This document shows positions 17,220 through 22,517 of a stretch of 41,154 bases of DNA, piece after piece. The stretch is from a virus: positions 1-41,154 of IMG/VR virus record IMGVR_UViG_3300019458_000063; one strand, written 5' to 3'. A program made the translations under genes and the position numbers. The notes below the pieces were generated by a model. It worked only from the letters and a program-made list of their open reading frames with translations. It did no database searches and had not been told where the DNA came from. Numbering within the stretch: the first letter of the stretch is position 1; the number at the start of each line of letters is the position of its first letter.

Positions 17220-17678
17220 ATGGCGAACCTCATCGCGGGCAACTTGACCGTGAGCGGCACCATCACATGCGACAACGTGACAAGCGTGAGCGGGACCGTT
17301 CAGTTCGCGGTGCACCACAAGCAGGTGTCCGGCGCGGATGTCGCGAGCAAGAGCGAGGTCGTGCACATCGCGCGGGCGGCCGGCACGATCGTCGCGGTTC
17401 AGGTCTCCGCCGAGACCGCGCCCACGGGCGGCGATAAGCAGTTCACCGTCGATCTGCACAAGGGCTCTCAGTCCGCGGCGTATGCTACGACGCTCTCGGC
17501 AGTGGTCACGTACGATGACGCCTCGACGGCCGACAAGCAGGTTCTCTCCGGCACGTTGTCGACGACGACCTACGCAGCGGGTGATCAGCTCAAGGTGATC
17601 GTCACGGCGTCCGGCACGACCGGCAGCCAGGGTCAGGACCTGTGCGTCACCGTTTGGTTGCGCGAGAACCCTGCGTGA
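17220..17678 (+). CDS. Tail-tip paralog 3 of 3 (unknown function)
   Basis: 152 aa; ETAPTGGDKQFTVDLHKG...ASGTTGSQGQ...RENPA. Confidence 0.65.
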   Translation: MANLIAGNLTVSGTITCDNVTSVSGTVQFAVHHKQVSGADVASKSEVVHIARAAGTIVAVQVSAETAPTGGDKQFTVDLHKGSQSAAYATTLSAVVTYDDASTADKQVLSGTLSTTTYAAGDQLKVIVTASGTTGSQGQDLCVTVWLRENPA

Positions 17679-17682
17679 TCTC

Positions 17683-18147
17683 ATGGCGAAGTGGTATGGG
17701 CCGGCTGGTAACTGCGGGTGCTGCGGTCCTCTTCCTCTGTGCCCAACTTGCGAGGATGGACCGCCCTCGGAATACGCTGTTACTCTTTCTGGTTTTTCTG
17801 GCTCACACGCTTGCTGTGGGGATATAGATGGGACATATATCTTACCATTTTGGCTGAATCAAGTCAGTAATTGCATATGGAGGGATTGGTTAGAAAATGG
17901 TTGTGGTGCTTTTCTTAGTCTGGCCTATTGCGTCAATTGTTTTGGTAGTGGATCACTGAGCTTATATCTTGCTTTTACGGCTACAGAAGGGAGCGGGCTT
18001 CTTCCAACGTATCCACAAATTGGCTACCGTCGATTCGACGGCTTCCCCATAGATTGGTGTGGTGATGACCCAGGAGTGCTTACTAAATATTTTGAAAGCC
18101 TTCATTGCGCCACTGTTCCATCATCTATCACGGTTACTGTCGGGTGA
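17683..18147 (+). CDS. Cysteine-rich hypothetical protein (in the AT-richer island)
   Basis: 154 aa with many Cys, including NCGCCGPLPLCPTC and HACCGD; its 3' two-thirds are visibly AT-richer than the rest of the genome. Confidence 0.5.
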   Translation: MAKWYGPAGNCGCCGPLPLCPTCEDGPPSEYAVTLSGFSGSHACCGDIDGTYILPFWLNQVSNCIWRDWLENGCGAFLSLAYCVNCFGSGSLSLYLAFTATEGSGLLPTYPQIGYRRFDGFPIDWCGDDPGVLTKYFESLHCATVPSSITVTVG

Positions 18148-18150
18148 AAC

Positions 18151-18516
18151 TTGAGATGCCAATTCTTACAATCCTCTGCGAAAGACCGCCAGTATAAGTG
18201 TGTCGTCTGCGGCTATGTCTGTCGTTCTCCGTTCTCATCAGAACGCATTTTTCGCAACTGCCCGTCTCAACAAAATACCACGCTTCCTCCCCTCTCAGAT
18301 CGAATTACTTCTTTCGCCGCCGCCTCGTCTCGTCATGCGGCCAATGGATTCCGCGAACGCAGCGAGCCAGAAATCCGACACATCGTGGCCATCTGCGACG
18401 CGTGTCCGCATTACAAGGACGGCCGCTGTCTCAAGTGCGGCTGTAAGGCCACCGGGAAAGGACACTTTGACAAGATCCTCTGGGAGTCGGAGCACTGCCC
18501 AATCGGGAAATGGTAG
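18151..18516 (+). CDS. Zinc-binding-like small protein (CxxC motifs, C-terminal CPIGKW)
   Basis: 121 aa; CVVCGYVC...ICDACPHYKDGRCLKCGCKA...HCPIGKW; non-ATG (TTG) start, so the 5' end is uncertain. Confidence 0.45.
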   Translation: MRCQFLQSSAKDRQYKCVVCGYVCRSPFSSERIFRNCPSQQNTTLPPLSDRITSFAAASSRHAANGFRERSEPEIRHIVAICDACPHYKDGRCLKCGCKATGKGHFDKILWESEHCPIGKW

Positions 18517-18540
18517 GGGGCAGTGGCTGGGCGGCCCATG

Positions 18541-18580
18541 AAAAAAAGGCCGGCCGCGGGATTGCTCGCCGCGACCGGCC
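18541..18580 (-). terminator. Rho-independent terminator of the leftward operon, between convergent operons
   Basis: ggccggccgcg...cgcgaccggcc forms an 11-bp stem with one mismatch. On the minus strand it is followed by U7 (plus-strand aaaaaaa 18541-18547). Confidence 0.7.
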
Positions 18581-18598
18581 CGAACGAAAGGGCGAACC

Positions 18599-18994
18599 TT
18601 AGGACAATTCCTCGGCGGGCAGGTCCGCGATGCACTCGGCCGCGAGCGTGGGCCAGCGGTCGGCGTCATCAGCGTGGTGCTCGGCCGCCGCGATGTCGCG
18701 GCAGACATCATTCACCGCCGCGCAGATGTCTGCGCCAGATGGTAGCAGCACTCCGCGTTTCGCGGAGTAGCCCCGCGCTCCTTGGTGCAGGGTCTCGTAC
18801 CTGTAGACCGCGTAGACGATCGACCTCCCATCGTAGTGCTGGCGAACGCCGGCAAACCAACGGCTCTTGACGCTCGCTTGATACTCGACCTGGCTGTCAT
18901 GCTCCAGGTCTTCTACGGCGGCCAGCAGAGGCCACGTGTCGTCGTCGATCTTGACCGGTGGCCGGTCGGTCAGTGTGATGGTGCGATGTGGCAT
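18599..18994 (-). CDS. Hypothetical protein (last gene of the leftward operon)
   Basis: 131 aa, MPHRTITLTDRPPVKIDDDTW...; AGGAGA ribosome-binding site upstream. Confidence 0.6.
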   Translation of the reverse strand: MPHRTITLTDRPPVKIDDDTWPLLAAVEDLEHDSQVEYQASVKSRWFAGVRQHYDGRSIVYAVYRYETLHQGARGYSAKRGVLLPSGADICAAVNDVCRDIAAAEHHADDADRWPTLAAECIADLPAEELS

Positions 18995-19090
18995 TGTCAG
19001 ATCTCCTGTTGCGCGATGATGCCTCGCGCGAGGCTCCGACGAGTTACTCCGTCGGCGGAGTTGCGCCCCGGCCCTAACGAAAGGGCTCCG

Positions 19091-19366
19091 CTATTCGGTC
19101 ACCATTTCTTTGACGGCTCTTATTCCAGCGAGCCGCATGCTGGCCACGAATGTGGCGCTGGCGACATCGGGCATGTGAGCCTGGAAGGCTGCGTTGGCAT
19201 CCGTCAGCGCCGATTCCATGCAGGCGCTGATGTGGCCCGTGAGAGTCGTCAGCAACTTATCTCGATCGAGACTCGATCGATCAATGTTATGCGCCCGCAG
19301 GTACTCCGCGGCACCTTCAAGCGCGCTCGCGCAGGCGACATCGATGAACGTGTCGGTCTCGTTCAT
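19091..19366 (-). CDS. Hypothetical small protein (91 aa)
   Basis: Start moved to MNETDTF (ATG 19366), which follows the conserved ACACGAAAGGGAAAACC leader. Confidence 0.55.
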   Translation of the reverse strand: MNETDTFIDVACASALEGAAEYLRAHNIDRSSLDRDKLLTTLTGHISACMESALTDANAAFQAHMPDVASATFVASMRLAGIRAVKEMVTE

Positions 19367-19387
19367 GGTTTTCCCTTTCGTGTTTGC

Positions 19388-19448
19388 GCCCAGGAAATAT
19401 ACCACAGATGTATAGGTTTCGTCGCCTGCCGGCGGCTCGTCAGCGGGC
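19388..19448 (-). ncRNA. Hammerhead-like element, copy A (core intact, stem III imperfect)
   Basis: Minus strand: GCCCG CUGACGA GCCGCC-GGCA-GGCGAC GAAA CCUAUAC-AUCUGUG-GUAUAUUUC C UGGGC. Confidence 0.3.
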
Positions 19449-19449
19449 T

Positions 19450-19623
19450 CTACTCACTCTCCGCCGGGGGGACCCACGTTCGATCATCCGCATAAGCGCG
19501 GCAGCGGCAGGTGTCTGGATCGATCGATCCGGTACACTCTCCAGCCTCTTCCCGATGCAATTCCCACGTCGCGAAGTCCGGCAGAAAACCTCCACAGCAA
19601 GCGCAAGTTCGTGTCTCGGTCAT
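19450..19623 (-). CDS. Small Cys-rich protein (57 aa)
   Basis: MTETRTCACCGGFLPDF...; ATG 19623 follows an AGAAAGGAAAAAC leader. Confidence 0.5.
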   Translation of the reverse strand: MTETRTCACCGGFLPDFATWELHREEAGECTGSIDPDTCRCRAYADDRTWVPPAESE

Positions 19624-19686
19624 GTTTTTCCTTTCTTTTTTGTTCACCCCGGACCGGCCGCCGTGGCCGGTCTCGCCGCCTGCCCG

Positions 19687-19881
19687 TCAACTGCGCACGT
19701 GCGCGATGATCTCTCCATCCACTTCGATGTTGCCGTAGCCCCCCACCCGATCGAGCCAGCGCTCGAAGGAGTCGACATCCCGGACATACTTGGGCACGTC
19801 GCTCTGCGCGAGAGCTTCGCACAGATCGTGGGCCTCGATTGTCTCGGTTCCGCTGTCGGTCGTAATGTAGTAGGTTCGCAT
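19687..19881 (-). CDS. Small acidic hypothetical protein (64 aa)
   Basis: MRTYYITTDSGTETIEAHDL...; follows a CGAAAGGGAAAGACG leader. Confidence 0.55.
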   Translation of the reverse strand: MRTYYITTDSGTETIEAHDLCEALAQSDVPKYVRDVDSFERWLDRVGGYGNIEVDGEIIAHVRS

Positions 19882-19930
19882 CGTCTTTCCCTTTCGTTCG
19901 TTTTTTTTTGCGCTCGCCCCTCAGCGGGAC

Positions 19931-20164
19931 TCACCCGATCTGCCAGTGGTACGTGCCATCTGGTCTCTCGACATCGCCGGAGCCTGTGTAGCGCCCGGCG
20001 TCTTGAGGTTCCGCGTCAATCGCATCTTGGATCGCCTCATAGGTTTCGTCGCTCGCATCCTGGTTCGGCCCCAGCATGGACGCGCAGATGATCTCGCCGT
20101 CACTGTCGATCATGCCCTCTCCGCTCCACACTCCGTCATGATAGATCGTGATCTTGGTTCTCAT
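19931..20164 (-). CDS. Small acidic hypothetical protein (77 aa)
   Basis: Start at MRTKITIYHDG (ATG 20164) after an ACACGAAAUGGAAAACG leader; the upstream part of track ORF 19931..20296 covers the spacer element. Confidence 0.55.
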   Translation of the reverse strand: MRTKITIYHDGVWSGEGMIDSDGEIICASMLGPNQDASDETYEAIQDAIDAEPQDAGRYTGSGDVERPDGTYHWQIG

Positions 20165-20222
20165 CGTTTTCCATTTCGTGTTTGCGCCCCGGACCGCCCG
20201 CGGCAGCTCATCAGCGTGATAA

Positions 20223-20519
20223 TCATACCAGCCGCCAGTCCCCAAATCCGAACAGAATCCCCTTCGCGTGCCCGGTGTGCAGCACACACCAACCACTGGC
20301 GCCGAGTCGATTGGCCAGCTTCACGAGCTCGGTGCAAGAGCGTGTCGGGTGTGCCTCGACTGCGAGGCCGTCGCGACCGTGCACCATCATCCAGCCCAGC
20401 ACCCCCTTTGAGTCCTGGATTGTCCAGTAGCCTGGCCGTTTTGACTTCACAGTCATGTCCAGATTATTCGCCACGCTCTCGGCCTCGCGGAGAATCGCGC
20501 CCGCTGCTTTGCTCGCCAT
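20223..20519 (-). CDS. Hypothetical protein (98 aa)
   Basis: Start at MASKAAGAILRE (ATG 20519) after an ACACGAAAGGGAAAAAAG leader. Confidence 0.55.
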   Translation of the reverse strand: MASKAAGAILREAESVANNLDMTVKSKRPGYWTIQDSKGVLGWMMVHGRDGLAVEAHPTRSCTELVKLANRLGASGWCVLHTGHAKGILFGFGDWRLV

Positions 20520-20542
20520 CTTTTTTCCCTTTCGTGTTTTCG

Positions 20543-20602
20543 CCCCAGACCTACACCGAAGTGGTGTAGGTTTCATCGACTGCCGGCGGCTCATCAGCGG
20601 GA
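20543..20602 (-). ncRNA. Hammerhead-like element, copy B (best copy; type-I topology, GUC cleavage triplet)
   Basis: Minus strand: UCCCG CUGAUGA GCCGCC-GGCA-GUCGAU GAAA CCUACACC-ACUUC-GGUGUAGG UC|UGGGG. Stem III is 9 perfect base pairs (20571-20563 with 20549-20557). Confidence 0.5.
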
Positions 20603-20833
20603 TAACGCTGTCGCAAATTTTTCCTCGCCATCCGTGTCGCTTATGTCGTGAGCCTCGCCCGTTGCGCTGTATCTGCCGTTGCTCTGCTGGATTCTCTCCA
20701 TCCATCCGCGCTTGCTTCGTCGCACTTGGTGCATGTGCACTCCGCCGGCGGAGCGCTGGTCTTGCGCCACGTCGTGCGTGTAACCAGTGATGCTGTAGGT
20801 GTTCCAGTTTTTTCTTTGGATTTTCGCGGTCAT
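20594..20833 (-). CDS. Hypothetical small protein (79 aa)
   Basis: MTAKIQRKNWNTYSITGY...; its UGA stop lies inside the CUGAUGA of element copy B. Confidence 0.55.
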   Translation of the reverse strand: MTAKIQRKNWNTYSITGYTHDVAQDQRSAGGVHMHQVRRSKRGWMERIQQSNGRYSATGEAHDISDTDGEEKFATALSR

Positions 20834-20855
20834 CGTCTTTCCCTTTCGTGTTTGG

Positions 20856-20912
20856 CCCCGGAACTATAACCGATGTGTAGGTTTCGCCGCCCGCCGGCGT
20901 CTCGTCAGCGGG
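20856..20912 (-). ncRNA. Hammerhead-like element, copy C (core intact, stem III imperfect)
   Basis: Minus strand: CCCG CUGACGA GACGCC-GGCG-GGCGGC GAAA CCUACAC-AUCG-GUUAUAGUU C CGGGG; starts right after the stop of the upstream gene. Confidence 0.3.
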
Positions 20913-21188
20913 CTAGATTCTCACCGCTCCAATCACGCGGCAATCGCCCGTGCTGGCGACGCGCAGATCGTCGAGGCGACACTCGATCTGTTCGCCCTCG
21001 TCTCCTTCAGACCAGCAGACCAGTCCGGCGAGTTCTCCCTGTTCCTCGTCTCCCCACCAGCCGCCGTCGACGAATTCGGCGTTCTCGATCTCGTTTTGCG
21101 GCTCCCAGCCAACGGGCTCGCACCAGCGGGCGCCGGCGATCGAGCTGCGGTGCTGGAGGATCACGGTGAGTGTCTTCGTTTCGTCCAT
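20913..21188 (-). CDS. Strongly acidic small protein (91 aa), first gene of the small-gene operon
   Basis: My count is 20 Asp/Glu against 7 Lys/Arg; WWGDEEQGELAGLVCWSEGDEGEQIE. Confidence 0.55.
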   Translation of the reverse strand: MDETKTLTVILQHRSSIAGARWCEPVGWEPQNEIENAEFVDGGWWGDEEQGELAGLVCWSEGDEGEQIECRLDDLRVASTGDCRVIGAVRI

Positions 21189-21230
21189 CGCATTTCCCTT
21201 TCGTTCTTGTTGCCCCTCACATCTATATAT

Positions 21231-21259
21231 ACTATACGCTGCGGCGAAGGAATAGTCAA
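21231..21259 (-). promoter_or_regulatory. Sigma70-like promoter for the leftward small-gene operon
   Basis: Minus strand TTGACT (21259-21254), 17 nt, TATAGT (21236-21231), in an AT-rich spacer about 45 nt upstream of ATG 21188. Confidence 0.6.
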
Positions 21260-21296
21260 CAACAATCCGAAAAGAATTCCAAAATAGTTGTAAACC

Positions 21297-21482
21297 CTAC
21301 CCCTGTATAGACTTAGGTCGACCATTTCGCCGCTCGATACGGGCAAAGTCGAGGACGTCCTGGCGCTCGAAGGCCAGTCGGCCGGCAAATCGGCTCGACG
21401 GCAGCCGCCCCGCGGCGGCGAACTGCTCGACCCGGCGCATGGAGACTCGAAGAATCTTCGCGGCCTCGAAACATCTAATCAT
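21297..21482 (-). CDS. Excisionase/AlpA/MerR-type helix-turn-helix DNA-binding protein
   Basis: 61 aa; AAKILRVSMRRVEQFAAAGRLPSSRFAGRLAFERQDVLDF fits the HTH_17/excisionase-family pattern. Confidence 0.65.
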   Translation of the reverse strand: MIRCFEAAKILRVSMRRVEQFAAAGRLPSSRFAGRLAFERQDVLDFARIERRNGRPKSIQG

Positions 21483-21519
21483 GGATCGTATACCCCAAAG
21501 GTAAACAATTCAATGGGCC

Positions 21520-21801
21520 TCATTTGCTTAACTGTTGCTGCAATTCGCGAAGAAATGACTCTAGAGCGCTGGATTCCTCAATCGACAGGAATGGCACAAT
21601 CACCTGGAAAATAATCACGAACCACATCGTGGCTAGGACCGCAGCGAGGATCGCAGCGAGGATCGCGGCGAGGCTCAAGTTCACCGTGCTCTGGATCTCC
21701 TTGAGGGATTTTTGCACGGACTCCATGCTCTTCTGAAAGTTCTTGTCGCTCGTCAGGACGGCCTCCTTCATCTTCAGGGCTTCTCGGGGCGGGGCGCTCA
21801 T
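21520..21801 (-). CDS. Small membrane protein (one TM helix encoded by 12-nt repeats)
   Basis: 93 aa with LSLAAILAAILAAVLATMWFVIIFQVIV; AAGGAGA ribosome-binding site; AT-richer than its surroundings. Confidence 0.55.
   Translation of the reverse strand: MSAPPREALKMKEAVLTSDKNFQKSMESVQKSLKEIQSTVNLSLAAILAAILAAVLATMWFVIIFQVIVPFLSIEESSALESFLRELQQQLSK
21629..21676. repeat. 4 x 12-nt tandem repeat (gcagcgaggatc) inside the membrane-protein gene
   Basis: gtggctaggacc / gcagcgaggatc / gcagcgaggatc / gcggcgaggctc. Confidence 0.8.
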
Positions 21802-21829
21802 GGCATCTCCTTCTCGGGGGCAATGCCCC

Positions 21830-21858
21830 TTGCGTACAGTTATTATATCTGCTACAAT
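21830..21858 (+). promoter_or_regulatory. Rightward sigma70-like promoter giving a leaderless XRE-regulator mRNA
   Basis: TTGCGT (21830-21835), 17 nt, TACAAT (21853-21858). The ATG at 21865 is 6 nt past the -10, with no room for a ribosome-binding site. Confidence 0.6.
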
Positions 21859-21871
21859 CCCGGCATGTCAA
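21842..21871 (-). promoter_or_regulatory. Leftward sigma70-like promoter overlapping the rightward one
   Basis: Minus strand TTGACA (21871-21866), 18 nt, TATAAT (21847-21842). The GGGGCA-A-TGCCCC inverted repeat at 21816-21828 lies in its leader. Confidence 0.6.
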
Positions 21872-22071
21872 TCATCGGCGCAAAGTTCCGCGCGAATCTA
21901 CGGCACGCCTGCGCAGCCAAGGGACTCAGCCAGCAGGAGCTGGCCCGCCGCTCGGGAGTGCACTGGGTGACGATCAGTCGTATCCTCCACGGCCACCAAG
22001 AGCCGAGCATGATCGTCTGCGAGCGCCTGGCCGAGGCCGCAAGGATTCCGCGCTCAAAAATTTTCTCGTGA
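21865..22071 (+). CDS. XRE/Cro-CI-family HTH transcriptional regulator
   Basis: 68 aa; LRHACAAKGLSQQELARRSGVHWVTISRILHGHQEPS is a canonical HTH_3 pattern. Confidence 0.85.
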   Translation: MSIIGAKFRANLRHACAAKGLSQQELARRSGVHWVTISRILHGHQEPSMIVCERLAEAARIPRSKIFS

Positions 22072-22087
22072 TCTTGCCAAGCTGCTA

Positions 22088-22116
22088 TTGACCAAGTTTA
22101 TCGGACTCGTTATTCT
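22088..22116 (+). promoter_or_regulatory. Candidate rightward early promoter
   Basis: TTGACC (22088-22093), 17 nt, TATTCT (22111-22116). Confidence 0.4.
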
Positions 22117-22184
22117 TTCGCAAAGTACGAATCGAAAACGACCTCGCCCGGTGACACCCCCGATCAGCTCGGCGGTCGAGGTCA

Positions 22185-22218
22185 CCCCCGGCTTGTCGCC
22201 GGGGGATTTTACATTTTT
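22185..22218 (+). terminator. Rho-independent terminator-like hairpin (terminator for the XRE gene or leader attenuator)
   Basis: cccccggc-ttgtc-gccggggg (8-bp GC stem) followed by attttacattttt; lies 18 nt upstream of ATG 22236. Confidence 0.6.
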
Positions 22219-22235
22219 GTAGGGAGGAACCTGCT

Positions 22236-22517
22236 ATGGCTAATTTGGCCGAGTTGGCGCGAAAATACGCGTCGACACATCCTGCCGCGTCTGATTACGA
22301 CATCGGTGTGGCAGTCAATTGCGCGCCCTCCAGAGTGCGCGAAGCGCTGCGCAAAAGAGGTTACGTACGACATGCCATCACGGCGGAGTCGAACGTAAAT
22401 GGAAGTGTCGATCTTGAGGGACTGTTGGCGGCGCGCAACCTTGTGAAGGCGGCGGGCAGTATAGATGCCGCAAAACAATTTCTGGAGAGCTGGCAGACAA
22501 TCGCCAGTCTATCATGA
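22236..22517 (+). CDS. Hypothetical protein
   Basis: 93-aa ORF with a GGGAGGAA ribosome-binding site. Confidence 0.6.
   Translation: MANLAELARKYASTHPAASDYDIGVAVNCAPSRVREALRKRGYVRHAITAESNVNGSVDLEGLLAARNLVKAAGSIDAAKQFLESWQTIASLS

Noticed and set aside
20185-20218. Spacer elements at 20185-20218, 19640-19686 and 19882-19930 as additional active hammerheads
   Set aside because: They lack the GAAA strand or part of CUGAnGA, so they cannot form the catalytic core. They are reported only as remnants of the same module.
21297-21482. Excisionase call as evidence of an integration module
   Set aside because: Only the HTH is recognisable, and no integrase or att-like repeat was found. It is safer to treat this as a small DNA-binding regulator.
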